A stretch of 41,161 nucleotides of DNA from Oopsacas minuta (GCA_024704765.1 JAKMXF010000062.1:1-41161); one strand, 5' to 3'; shown: positions 1 through 14,200, counted from the stretch's first letter. Notes: a model not told the origin generated them from the sequence alone. Translations and numbers: made by a program.

Positions 1-16
1 ATTTGTATATTGTATA

Positions 17-1493
17 ATGGCAGAGAAGTTAACAGACTCAGAAGGGAGAGAGGACTTGGTCTACATAAAGACAGAGGATGGTAGCTACAGAGGATGGAGG
101 GTTGATTTGTTGGTAGACAACTTATCAAGCAAACTGGAAGAGAAATTATTGTTATGTAGCAGTTGTAAAGGAATGATAAGAGATGCTTGTCTCTATCAGG
201 AAGAATTGAGGTGTGGTGTCTGCATTCCTGAGGGTGTAGCATGGCAACCAGTAAAGATGAACCGTGAAATTGTCTCTGATAAAATGGTAGTTTATTTGTT
301 GTTATTTACAAGTGTTTGTTTGTGTTTACAGATGAGTTATTTATTTGTAGATTAGTTGTCCCCTAAAGAAGAGAGGGTGTGAATGGAGTGACACAGTGAA
401 TACAGCAACACACCACCTGGAGGAATGTGAGTTCTTTCCTGTACTGTGTCCTCTGGGTTGTGTCTGTTTAGAAGGAGAGAGGAAGGGGAAAGTTATGAAA
501 CTAGAGAAGAGACGGATTCCAGACCACCAGAGAGACTCGTGTCCCTTAAGAGAACTGGTGTGTGAATTCTGTGTGAATAATGTGAAGGCCTGTGAGATTA
601 ATCTTCATTTGGAAGACTGTGAGCACTTTCCAGTTCCTTGTCCTAATAGATGTATGAGGGAAGGATACGAAGGGACCAGACAATTGAAGAGGAGAGATGT
701 ACCTGTCCATCTAGCTGACGTGTGTCCTCTACAGAAAGTAGAGTGTCCGTATTGGGAGTATGGATGTAGAGAGAAGATGGAGAGGAGAGAGATGGATCTT
801 CATGAAAGAGAATTCATGCATATTCACTTCAGATTATTAAAGACTGATATGAAACAGAAACAAGTTCAAACATCTCAAGAATTGGATAGAGCAACTGAGA
901 AGATTTCAATCTTGGAAAATGAAAGTGAAAGTAAAACCAAAGAGCTGGCTACAGCAAATACCAAAATCGAGAATTTAGAGAAACAAATTACTGAGAAGGA
1001 TTCAGAACTGAAATCAATTATAGAAGTACTCTGTTCTTATACACCTCTACCTCTATCTACAGGACAATTGGAATGGAAGATTGAAGGTGTTAAACAGAAG
1101 ATAGAAAACAAAGAGGAGACTTACAGTGATCCATTCTATGTAGGTTTATACAAGTGTCAGGGCTGTATTGAATGGGGTTGGTTGAATACATGTGCTTGCA
1201 TTTATATTATGAAAGGAGGTTATGATGACAAACTACACTGCCCTATCAGATACATATATACGTTAATTCTAGTCGATCACATTAACAGTAATAATAATTT
1301 TGAATACACTAAGCAAGTAACTAAGAAAGATTTGAAGAAATATCCTATTTGCTTCAAGGGACCTACTCAGCTGAGTAATGAATGTTATTGGCATCCTTTA
1401 TTCATTTCAAACACTGAAATATTAGAAGCTAAATATTGTAAAGAAGACAGCATAACTCTTCTAATTAAAATAGAATTGTTACCAGCATTATAG
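17..1493 (+). CDS. TRAF: TRAF-family protein (degenerate RING, TRAF-type zinc fingers, coiled coil, MATH domain); join(17..286,351..1493), 470 aa
   Basis: A GT..AG intron at 287..350 (64 nt) joins ORF 17..355 in frame to ORF 396..1493, giving SDKM|ISCPLKKRGCEW. Features seen: CSSC..CGVC RING-like segment, repeated HLEECEFFPVLCP / HLEDCEHFPVPCP fingers, a heptad region, and the MATH motifs LEWKIEG..SDPFYVGLYK..IMKGGYDDKL. Confidence 0.9.
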
Positions 1494-1645
1494 CTGTATT
1501 TGTATTTTGTTTACTCCTTACTCAGAACTTGTTTACCTGAACATTAGTATATTGATTATTTCCATTATTTACAACTAACACAGATTATTTCCTTTTCATA
1601 TTTATGCTTTTATGTGTTTCAGTTTACAACAGAATATATCCAATA

Positions 1646-1816
1646 CAATGGAGTCTCCCAAAACGGACAACACCTCTACAACGAACAAGCTCGTGGAACG
1701 AAATCAGTTTATAATACATGCGAATAAAGTTTAATCAATCTTTGAGAAGCGGACATCTCACCTACAACAGACAAAATATAATCCCCAAATGTGTCTGTTA
1801 TTGGGAGACTCCACTG
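1646..1816. mobile_element. TA-flanked MITE, Tc1/mariner-pogo-like (family 1)
   Basis: TA|CAATGGAGTCTCCCAAAACGGACA ... TGTCTGTTATTGGGAGACTCCACTG|TA; imperfect ~25-bp TIRs; a second copy lies in the opposite orientation at 17595..17763. Confidence 0.8.
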
Positions 1817-2149
1817 TATTACAATGATTTCAATTGGAATTTCTCTGTAGAAATATTAAGCTAGTTGTGTTAGTATATTAGTATATATACGAGGCATTGT
1901 TATCCCATTATAGCCGAAAGAGCAAGTCTCTAAGTATATTTCCAGATTTCAATTCGTTTACTATAAATTCATAAAATCAACAAAGAATTTGCGGATAAGA
2001 AACTTGAAAGTATGAAAATCGGAATCAGCATACCCGATTACCCAAAATGTAATTGTTTACTTTCCTATATCGTCAACTGAAGAATATGTGTTAATCTCTA
2101 TATTATATTCGCACTTCATCTTCCCCTAATCATTATAATACAAAGTGGA

Positions 2150-2635
2150 CAAACAAACAAATATACAATATTTGAGATATAACAACATACATATATGTGT
2201 TTTCGCGCTACAGTTCACACCTTTAGAGATTAAGACACCAAATTTGGCATGTATACTCGTAGTGACATCTAGTTGTGCTCCAGACATGTGAATAATTTCT
2301 AATGTGTATATTTTCACACCTTTTGACACCTCTGTAATTTAACCCAATCAGATTGTAGGTTTTACAATTATCCATAAATACATAAAATTAGTTATGATTG
2401 AGTGTTTGTAATTTAATTAGCTCTGTAATGTATTTGTATTGATGGAGACTGTAATTCTATTAGTTAATACATTCTATTAAATGTATATACACTGATTAAT
2501 CATATTTTCACACATTTTGGTAAACATCCTAAAATTATCCTAGACATTAGCTTCCACTTGTTAATTAGAGGTAAACAGAGACGTAGAATTAGAGTTTAAC
2601 ATTTTCAATCTCTAACAAGATTAGTAAAATACAAA
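2150..2635. repeat. Dispersed repeat family A, copy 1
   Basis: Reverse complement of 31025..31464 and 36925..37298. It explains the near-identical short ORFs ([27 protein letters not shown]) at 2126, 31288 and 37131. Boundaries approximate. Confidence 0.85.
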
Positions 2636-3887
2636 TGTAGCTTTCTTTACTAAAGTGTATATTTTGTAGAATAATATACTTTCAATAATCCACTAAAATT
2701 CTTTGGAAATGTAAACGGACACAAACTGTGATTTAAGAGTTTTTGTTCTGTAATTCACAAATTCTATTATCTACACGAATTGGTGATATACTCATTAGAG
2801 GAAATAATAAATTCACAACTTTACCTAATCTCAATTATACCAAGAATTAGAAACTGATTTCCTTGGTTAACGGAAGGAAACTAATATTCTTGAATGGATT
2901 TAACAACAGATAATATTACAATTACTCTATTGTATTATAATATGTTGTATCATGGTTAATTCTTGTATAAGTATAATGTCAAGATGTCTATTCTGAGTGA
3001 TATAACTTTAATTCATTAATAACACTCAAAAGGTTTGATACTAAGTTCTGTAATGTGTCTTTCAATGAAGATATATTTCGTATAATTTGTATTATACGTT
3101 CAATCTACAATTTTTGGTGACGTAACTTCTGTTAGGCTAATTTCTGCAATAAATATTTTGAATCAAAACAATAATTCTCGAATTGTTAATCTTAAATCTC
3201 AGTATAGTTATCCAAATTATGTAATACTTGATAATAAAGTGACTTATACAAGTCTAACAGTGTCAAAATCTCATTTTTTGAGGTTAACATAGCAGTATAA
3301 TTCGTTAAAATAGATCACGGTATAATGTATTAAACGCGTATTATACAACTTTGTTTGAAAGTGTTCACTTTAAATAGTTACATATCCAGGTGCACTTCCT
3401 CACCCTAAAATGTGACAATCATATGTGATTCGAGCCAGGAGATTTCTCAGAACCTCGTGGACGGCCCGGACATCGTACATCGTTCATGCAAATAGGACAA
3501 CTCCCTATAGGAGCCTTATAGCTGTACTAAATATATCCAGGAATGCTAATATATAAGCTTCAGTTACCACAACATGCAGGAGTATGACATTTGTGTACGA
3601 AGCTACGCCGGTATTTTTGGAAATCATAGCAGAGACTTCGTCTTTGCATTCTTCTATTAACCGTATACTGCCGGGAAATGTGTGAATTTATGACGTCAAA
3701 TTGGGTGCTAAAATCTCTTTTCTGGTGTGAGAATAGGTTATAACGAAGTGTTTAATGTTCCTTTTCATTACGAATGTAACCTACAGCCGTAATCGGTTAG
3801 TGTTCCTTTTAGTTACGTTTTTCTTTAACTAAAGATCACAATTATTTGGTGTTACATTCCTAGACTCCAGTATGACGTTATAGATAT

Positions 3888-4243
3888 CAGGGCTGATGTT
3901 GATTAACCGAAATAATCGCGCGGTTAAAACCTTTTCCATAACAGCGGTTAAGCGGTTAACCGCTGTTAGTATTCTTTAATACAATTAATGAAGTTTTGTA
4001 ACTAAAATTGAAAATATTAATAAATAGCTATTAAGCAATCGTGATCTGATTGTATGTAAAAACTACAAATGTAACATCTCAAAAATACAAAACAAGCAGA
4101 ATTTGTATATTTAGATATTCTTACCTCTTAAAACATTAGGAAATAATTGTTGGAAATGATGCTGTTAGGTTAACCGAATATATTTTTCTACTGCAGTTAA
4201 CTCGATATAGCGGCAGTTAACCGGCTAACCGAATCCAGCCCTC
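3888..4243. mobile_element. hAT-like non-autonomous element with 7-bp target-site duplication
   Basis: Termini CAGGGCTG ... CAGCCCTC; subterminal GGTTAA/TTAACC repeats at both ends; flanked by the direct repeat TAGATAT (3881..3887 and 4244..4250). Confidence 0.7.
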
Positions 4244-4866
4244 TAGATATAGTCTACTAAAAGTAATAGCGAAGCTAAAATAGCGCACGCTTGTATGAGT
4301 TATATGTAAATCAGTAAATGTAAGCGATAAATGAAGGAAAGGCTATATCATGCAAGCCAGCTCTGTTTACTTGCTCTACGCGGTTAAGAATAGATATTTC
4401 AAACTTGGACTTTTTGCCGTTGAGTGTAGTTACAACTAAGCTGTATAATACTTTATACCTGATCTATTTGAACGTATTATAGGTATAGATTAATCTCGAA
4501 ATAGGAGATTTTTCATTATTTATATTTTTATATATCACAACAATATCAATTAGGAATCAACGTGTAACCAACTATTAACTACTTTATTCCAAATTTATAG
4601 AAATAGGACAAACAGACAATCAATAACTCGATTAATAACTGGGGATTATATATTTCAAATCCTCTCAGAGCCTTTTAATAGGTTCTCATCGGAACCAGAC
4701 ACAATTTGTATGGTTCTGTTTCTGGCCAAGTGACCGGATTTACAGAGCATCTACTGAGCAGAGTCTACATAACTATTCATTATCCATTGTCACTGACGCA
4801 CTAGTCTCTATCTACTCTTACATTATATCAAAGGTGTACGATTATTAGTTATGTCTAATAGAAGTA

Positions 4867-4974
4867 CAGTAGAGTCTCGTTAATACGAACACGGTTAAGA
4901 AGTAACTCCGGATAAGGAATACGAATTTTGGCAGTCCCCTGTGTAGCTATTAACCAGATCGGGAGAGTCTACTG
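4867..4974. mobile_element. Short TA-flanked pogo/Tigger-like MITE
   Basis: TA|CAGTAGAGTCTCG ... GGAGAGTCTACTG|TA; left end resembles family 2 (CTCGTTAATACG). Confidence 0.6.
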
Positions 4975-6784
4975 TACATGGTTAACACGTAACACTTCTT
5001 ACTACCCAAATATTTAGTTTGCATTCATTTCAATCAAATTTACAACCGAATAATTCAATATACCCAATGTAATCCCGAATAAATGTATTTTACAATACTT
5101 TCTTTTACGACTTCCCATTCCGAAACAAGCCTTAATCGCTCATCACAGACAACATGTATTGTGTTGTAAATGGCAGGTGTTCGTTCTTGGGAGAGCTCGC
5201 AGATACCACTGTATTATGTGTATGTGCATAGATATTGAATTGTTAACAATCAATATAGTACTTAGTTCTCCAGCAAATGATATATAGCGCCATTATTGAG
5301 TCGGCGCTGGTCCGCTGTTCCACCCAAATTCGGCACCACCACGATACAAATTGTATTGTGTTGTTGGGCAATAAGTCATCTTCTCTCATCCTGACTCGGG
5401 AACCTAGTCCCAGCAATGAATAACTATATAATATCAAAAACTTGAATTTCATACTAGTTAGAATTGGTTTCATAATTGAACTCTGTAATCAGTTTCAGTC
5501 ACCTAGGATAGAGTTTTAATTACTTGACCAATTTCTGTAAACTTGATACCATTATTGTAACCACAGTCATATATGGTGTATTACTTGTTTAATCAAAGAG
5601 TTGTGCTATCTCTAGCCTAGTGATATTACGTGACCTCTGGAATTACTGATCTATATAGAATTCCTATTGATTAACAAGTATTATTTGTAGATAATAGGCA
5701 ATATAGGAAATTTGAAAGTTTATGTGTTTTCAATATCTCATAAGCACTAGTAGTGTTTTGGAGGCGACACAGGGCTTGATGAGGTATTTCAAGAAAAGGT
5801 TGAATAAGGTGCGTCCTCCACTTTCTTTTTTGGCAAAAACATTACTGTTTAAAAGCGATTTTGGATTTGTGCAACCTTTCCCAATTTTAGCTCCCACATA
5901 AACACAATTATAATCTGTGCCGATAGCATAGCATTAATTGAATATTTGAAATAGCGCTACTATTAATTGAAGGCGTTGTGTATATTTTATTCTATTGAAC
6001 TTTATAGTGCCTCCAATTACTGCTATTTTAAATGAATTCAATCAATATGCGATGCTACAGAGATGCCAACTCTTACGCCTTACCCACAGTCTCACGTTTC
6101 CAGAGGTCACAAGCCCTACTCTCAAGCCATTTATGATTCTTCACTGTACATTTTGATGCTGAAATACAAAATCTCGATCTCTCACGGCTCGGTGAGACGC
6201 CAGGTTGACATCTGTGTGCTGTCTGCACAGATTGAACCTTTTGGCTACAATATACGTATATTAAGCGCGTGTCAAAGAGTCTTATATCATAACAATCACT
6301 AATACATAGTCTATGTGCGTCTATATCAATGCCATCATATAAATTTAGCTCTGAGCAGCTAAATAATGCAATCTAAGTAAGCTATACATAATCTGCGGAC
6401 TAGTATGATATTATTATTTTCAATATGAGGATTACTACAACATTGCAGAGATATCTCTCTATAATATATAGACTAATTAACCTACATTACGGTATATAAT
6501 AATTGGAATTTGATGGAGAGACATCTCCTATGTATTTTATTACTTACATAATTCGTAAACTAACATATCATTTCCCTAATAGATTATGTAATACAGCTTT
6601 CGTGATGTTAATTATTACATTTTGTGTATTTATATATCGAAAGATATATTTTGATTTTATCTGTATTTTTCTGTAGAGTGGAAACAGTCAAATAGCAGTT
6701 GGAATTTTGCATAAATATCTTTGATAATACGTGATTTACCAGTGTTGAGTGTTTCCAGTGAAGGGCTATATTTGCTTCCGAGTA

Positions 6785-6875
6785 CAGTGGGTCCTTTTTA
6801 ATTGTCCACCAGTGGGCAATGGAGTCCGAAGCGGTCAATTAGAAAATCCTCTGGACAATTAGAGAGGACTCACTG
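6785..6875. mobile_element. 91-bp TA-flanked MITE
   Basis: TA|CAGTGGGTCCTTTTTAATTGTCCA ... TGGACAATTAGAGAGGACTCACTG|TA (24-bp imperfect TIR); a solo TIR fragment follows at ~6901..6924. Confidence 0.75.
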
Positions 6876-8161
6876 TATGTATTTTTATTTAAGATACATA
6901 TAGTGGGTCCTCTCTAATTGTCCAATTGTCCGAAATTGGTACAATATTCAAAAACTGAATTTGTCTCCTACTATTCGGATAACCGAGTGCTATACTCCAA
7001 TACTATAGCCTGTGTTCACGGTATAGAATTTCTTGGGGTCTATTAAATTTGATTCATATTTTTATCGATATTAAATCTATTATTGGTGCATTTTGGCTCG
7101 GATAAAATGTATTATTAATAGTTAACAATTTACACTAGCCATCCAACTATTCCGTTTGAAATGACGTATTCTGTTAAAGGATGTGTCTTCGATTCCAGAA
7201 TTCATATCAAGTGATCTCAAAATGTTTTATTGATTATTCGTAAATGTGAAATGATGTAATTATTAAGTTGTTAGTGAGTTGTTAACCTGTCCAATTTCTA
7301 AGTTTTCATACTAGTATATTTGATGTGTAGAAATCGAAATTCGGTAAGTAATATAGGCGCCAAGGACTCCCAAGTTTTGTAGCGGACACTGTATTTACGT
7401 GAAATTTACGTAAAAAGGTAGAACCTGTATAAACTGAGTGTTTCTGATCTGAATAGCTTCTAACAATACAAATTCACCTGTATAAACAATCCGACAATTT
7501 GCTAAACCGACAGAATTTTCATACCCAAACGAGTGTCGGTTTGTTCCACTGTATTAATTACAATATTTGTGCTTAAAAATTGCCGTCAATGTTAAGTAAT
7601 GGTTTGTTTTGGTCGTTCTATACGCGCCAGGCCCCACAGGCCCACGGCCAGACACAGAGAATGCATTTATGTATTTTTAAAATAGCCACGAAAATGGTCA
7701 CTGAACTTCCAATAATAATGAATTATAAGACATTAAATCAAATGTCTTAAATATCTAATTCGCATATGAAACTGTAATATCAATCAAATACTGAAAGTGA
7801 AATTCTAATGAATATTATATTTCCAAATTTAGTCTATGAACCAAGCTTATTAGAATTTCATAAATCAAAAGAAATTCGTGTGCTATTACAGTTAACTAAG
7901 TGTCCCAAAGCATTGACTGTAATAGCATGTGCTAAGAACAATGGTGGTGTACGGCTCTCCCTCAGCCCCGTCGTCTCCCTCACTTTAATTTTAAGCACTA
8001 CCACTGCCCGTCGTTACCCCGCTCCCTACCTAATTACCACTGATGATAATCTAGTTTATCTACAAACCCTAAACAGCATTCATAAGCCTTATAAGATTGT
8101 GGCTACCTGTGAAGTAATTCTATGTTACCACTATTAACTATTAACCACATTTATACATTAG

Positions 8162-10357
<2,196 letters not shown>

Positions 10358-10377
10358 ATTACATGAATTCTTGTTTG

Positions 10378-10391
10378 GTTGCCATGGCAAC
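10378..10391. promoter_or_regulatory. Perfect palindromic RFX X-box-like motif GTTGCCATGGCAAC
   Basis: Exact 14-bp palindrome matching the X-box consensus, starting 21 nt after the MARK stop; function not demonstrated. Confidence 0.4.
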
Positions 10392-10964
10392 TCTACACAT
10401 ACTTTTACTCATTAAGAAATTTGCCTGTTTTTTTATAATTAACTCCAAAATAGGTTTTAATTGGTTAAAATTTTAAGCTTGTAAAATACAGTTGTATTTG
10501 TTATTTAATTAATATCGATAAGTAATTAGTAACTTTATTGATGTTTGTTTGGTAAATGATTATTTAATTTGTTGTTGTTGTTTGGTTGTTTAGGAGGTTT
10601 ATTTATTTGTTATATTCATATTGTAGTTATATGAGGGAGGGCATAGATTAAGAGAACAGCTACCACCTCTGATAAAGTGATCCTTGGTCTTTTTTTGATT
10701 TTCCAAGATTTCCAAGTTTTCATTCAATAAACGGTTGTCATGGGAACGGTATTTCAATTCCCAATCAATTACGATAGGATTTCTGTGTGAATTCGAAGAG
10801 GTTAACTCAGAGGTTCCCAACCTCTTGCACCCATGGCCAATGGACTCCTATACCATTTTAACACATTCTGGGAATCCCTCTCATATATTCGACGGGCCAG
10901 AAAGGAGACTGGCTTAACCACAAAGGAAAATTTAATTCTCATTCCCACAGCAATAATACGAATA

Positions 10965-11145
10965 CAATAGAACCTCGTTAATACATACACCAAGGACCTT
11001 TGAGATTAGTACTCTTTATCCGGAGTACATATTAACAGGAGAATAACAATTGAATATCCATTGTACCGACTATAATTGAGTAAAATTCTGATCGTCTTAA
11101 CCGGAAATTCGTAATAAATGTGTTCGTATTAACGAGGTTTTATTG
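10965..11145. mobile_element. TA-flanked pogo/Tigger-like MITE (family 2)
   Basis: TA|CAATAGAACCTCGTTAATAC ... GTATTAACGAGGTTTTATTG|TA; internal sequence is the reverse complement of the copy at 13094..13248. Confidence 0.8.
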
Positions 11146-11939
11146 TAATACAGTTTTGGGGTTATTTGAATTGGCAAATTCTTTCTGGAGTTATGTAACT
11201 CTTGGATAATTCAGGCATCCTAGGAGGGTTTGCAAGCAGTAATATGATAATGTTCTCTTACTAGAACTGTCCTATACTGAGAATACTCTAGAGTAACGAA
11301 ATTCAATTGTATTATAGCGGGATGTAGCATTAGTATGACCATCAGAAGCGGGATAATTCCACTTATATCACGTCAGGCTGTTCTTAACTCTCAAGATGTC
11401 AGAACAAGCGAGACTATGACAAGTATATGACGTTAGATACATATCTATCCATGGTATGTATTAATTAACATGACTATAATGTGTCATATTCGTATTTCTA
11501 ATTATCCTGCCAGTATTTGTTTACGGGGTGTACGCCAAATACGAGTTACTGAACTAACACCTATACACAATGATTACTATAGGACCCGGAATAATTACGC
11601 ACTCTCCAGGAATAAGAATTAGGCTAGTTTATAATACTTATTATATTACCAGCATGCAGTAATTCCATCCATAGTCATGGCTCAACTCGTTAAATACTAA
11701 GTTCTATTTGGTCTTCAATTTTAGAAGATTACACTTTCATAGTACGTATTCATATATCTGTTATTAATAACAAGACACCATGGATGGAGTTCTGTTTAAA
11801 GAATTATATAATGGATATTGAATTATACTACTTATCGGACTATGGATATTATTCTATTACAATGTTAAGGGCTTAATCTATTATTATGTAATAGTAGGTG
11901 TCGGTTATGAGAACACTTCTTTTCAATACATTTCGTTCA

Positions 11940-12050
11940 AAAGTTACGTAACCTAGATTTTGACACCCTCCCTTCCCCTCCCTGTGTCACGCTTTTTGAT
12001 TGTTTTTTAATACAATAAGAACGGGGGTGTCACACTTCGCATAGCACCCA
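11940..12050. repeat. Dispersed ~100-bp repeat, inverted partner at ~25190..25290
   Basis: CCCTCCCTTCCCCTCCCTGTGTCACG..AATACAATAAGAACGGGG aligns to the reverse complement of CCCCATTCTTTGTATT..CGTGACACAGAGAGGTAGGGTAGGGAGG. Boundaries approximate. Confidence 0.55.
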
Positions 12051-12612
12051 TCACTTTGTACTGTCCCAATCCTGAGATCGTATCCAACGTATAGACTCAG
12101 ATAGGTTAGAGGAATTGATGGGTAAAGCTTCTCAACTACTGTAATCGGTTATATCGAACTCTTATTACGAAGTAATTATCACCGTAACGTCCCTTAAGCT
12201 TCGATAAAGCGGGAGGTGACTGTAAGGAACTTCATCAGTACTGTAATTACACAAGCTTGCGCATTTTTAATAAAAATTTTGATCAAAAATGAGCAAATAC
12301 ATTTTTCCTCAGAAAGAACAAAGCAATTGTGTGACTGAATATGATAATTCAAAAGAGAGCTTTAGTATACTTTAGTCTCATATTAGCATTGAAATATTCT
12401 AATTACAAATGATCATTTTCATATAATCTCGAGCAGTGAATTTCATATACGAAATGCACTATTTCGCTATCCAAACTCTAAACTTGAATTGTATAATGAA
12501 TGAGTTCGGATAACTGAGGCTGTACTATACTGTAGTTTTGATACAGCGTCACTACTCATTGATTTCAAAGATGGAAGCTCTGCTATCCCCGTTATATTCT
12601 AATTTAATTATA

Positions 12613-12846
12613 CACTCTCTGGCCAAAAGTATTGTAGCACCATACCACTTGTGACATAATTGGCACATAGAAAGAATAATTCGAATTTTCTGTTGATATT
12701 GTAGAAATTATAGGACAAGCGCCTTTTCTCATCGTTTATGATAGAATTAGTTTCCAAATGTTTGAAATTATCTTCAGCCTAGTCTAATGCATATTTTGCC
12801 ATTTATCAATTGTGCAAGGTGTTCCAATACTTTTGGCCAGGGAGTG
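12613..12846. mobile_element. Tc1-like MITE
   Basis: TA|CACTCTCTGGCCAAAAGTATTGTAGCACC ... GGTGTTCCAATACTTTTGGCCAGGGAGTG|TA; 29-bp TIR with 3 mismatches and TA flanks. Confidence 0.85.
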
Positions 12847-13093
12847 TATTTGAGAAATTAGTAATCAATCTTGGCGGTTGTCTAGTACCACACATTTGTT
12901 ACGCATCGTCAGTTGTAGAGCCCTAGTGTAGGATATTGTAAGGCCTGGTCTCAGAGAATTAAAGGAGAATGCATTTATGTATCAGTGATCGGGAGGAGGA
13001 TTTGCTCCATATCAGAGGAGTGGACACACCCGAGCACGCTCCATTTGATTGCAAACTATTTTTGGAAGTGTCATTATTATCCTAGTTCGAATA

Positions 13094-13248
13094 CAGTGAA
13101 ACCTCGTTAATACGAATTTCCGGTTAAAACGAACACAATTTTAGCCGTAGAATGGATATTCAATTGTTATACTCCTGTTAATACGTACCCCGGATAAGGA
13201 GTATACATCTCGACGGTCCCTGGTGTACGTATTAACGAGGCTATACTG
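13094..13248. mobile_element. TA-flanked pogo/Tigger-like MITE (family 2)
   Basis: TA|CAGTGAAACCTCGTTAATACG ... CGTATTAACGAGGCTATACTG|TA. Confidence 0.8.
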
Positions 13249-13773
13249 TAATTGAAATCGGTTCGGTTTGGCATTTCCATCAACTAACAGTTCTGTCCTG
13301 ATTAAGTGAATTTAATATTATTCTTGACAGAAACTGGTTATTTAATAGGATTTTATTCCTACAATAATCCACTGTAATTATTGAAATGAAAATTACGTCA
13401 GCACAGCTGTGAACTAATATATTAAAATAAGACTTACATTCAGGGTGGATTCAAGTTCTTCTGAAAAGTATAGTTCATAGAACTACCGGTTAATCGGGCC
13501 ACTTGGCCAGAAATAGAACCATACAAATAGTGTTAAATTACTCCAGTTACCGGTTAATAAGGTCAAAATGTCCTGTACCCGAAGTGACAATATTAATCCG
13601 AGTCTACTGTATTTCAAGCATAAATACTCAAAAAATATGATTAATTACGGAAGTATTAAAGTAGGAATATTCTTGAAACCTATCATGAGCTATAGCTACT
13701 CTTTGTATGTAGCATTACACCCAAGACTTTGGCCAGGTTTGGTCATATGACCACATTTTGAGAAACCGTGCTA

Positions 13774-14184
13774 TCTGTAATATATAAAACAATATGTGTG
13801 TGTGTGTGTGTCCGCGCGTTTTCTCAGAATTGCCTGGGCCGATTCGAATCAAATTTTGTGTGTCGACTAGGTAGTACTCAACCTTTCCAAATAAGAATTA
13901 TTTTCGAATCGAACTATTTTTGGACAAGATATATGAATTTTTCACACCTTGCCCATATAAAATGAAAAGGTCTCGGAATTTGGTTCAATCAGATGCAATG
14001 TTGTATCATCACATGACAAACACTTAAACGAATCCCGCATAGCAATGTAATAGGTTATTTGATTGTTCACTGAGAGCTATTACATGCGGACGCGTAACGT
14101 TCGTGAATTCCAAAAGACAATCTTCAGGGCCGAAGGCCCTAAAAGCATTCCGCAGGAACTAGCAGAAAAAGGCGTTGCGGCTAG
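13774..14184 (+). mobile_element. Non-autonomous Helitron-like element, copy 1 (3' hairpin deleted)
   Basis: Begins A|TCTGTAATATATAAAAC, contains (TG)n, ends GTTGCGGCTAG; colinear with 38846..39571. Confidence 0.6.
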
Positions 14185-14200
14185 CATAAATATATATAAC

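Noticed and set aside
2126-2329. Repeated [23 protein letters not shown] (also 31288 and 37131) as a small gene family
   Set aside because: All lie in dispersed repeat family A, diverge into different frames and ends, and show no recognisable domain.
2750-2920. LRR-like peptide RGNNKFTTLPNLNY in AT-rich DNA
   Set aside because: A single short motif bounded by stops; compatible with chance.
10599-10850. Minus-strand ORF with upstream AG as the last CSE1L exon
   Set aside because: The translation has no resemblance to the CSE1L C-terminus and no recognisable domain.
13438-13460. 23-nt minus-strand micro-exon (TTTTCAG..GTAAGT) as the CSE1L continuation
   Set aside because: It gives a stop within a few codons in both candidate phases and has no similarity to the conserved C-terminus.
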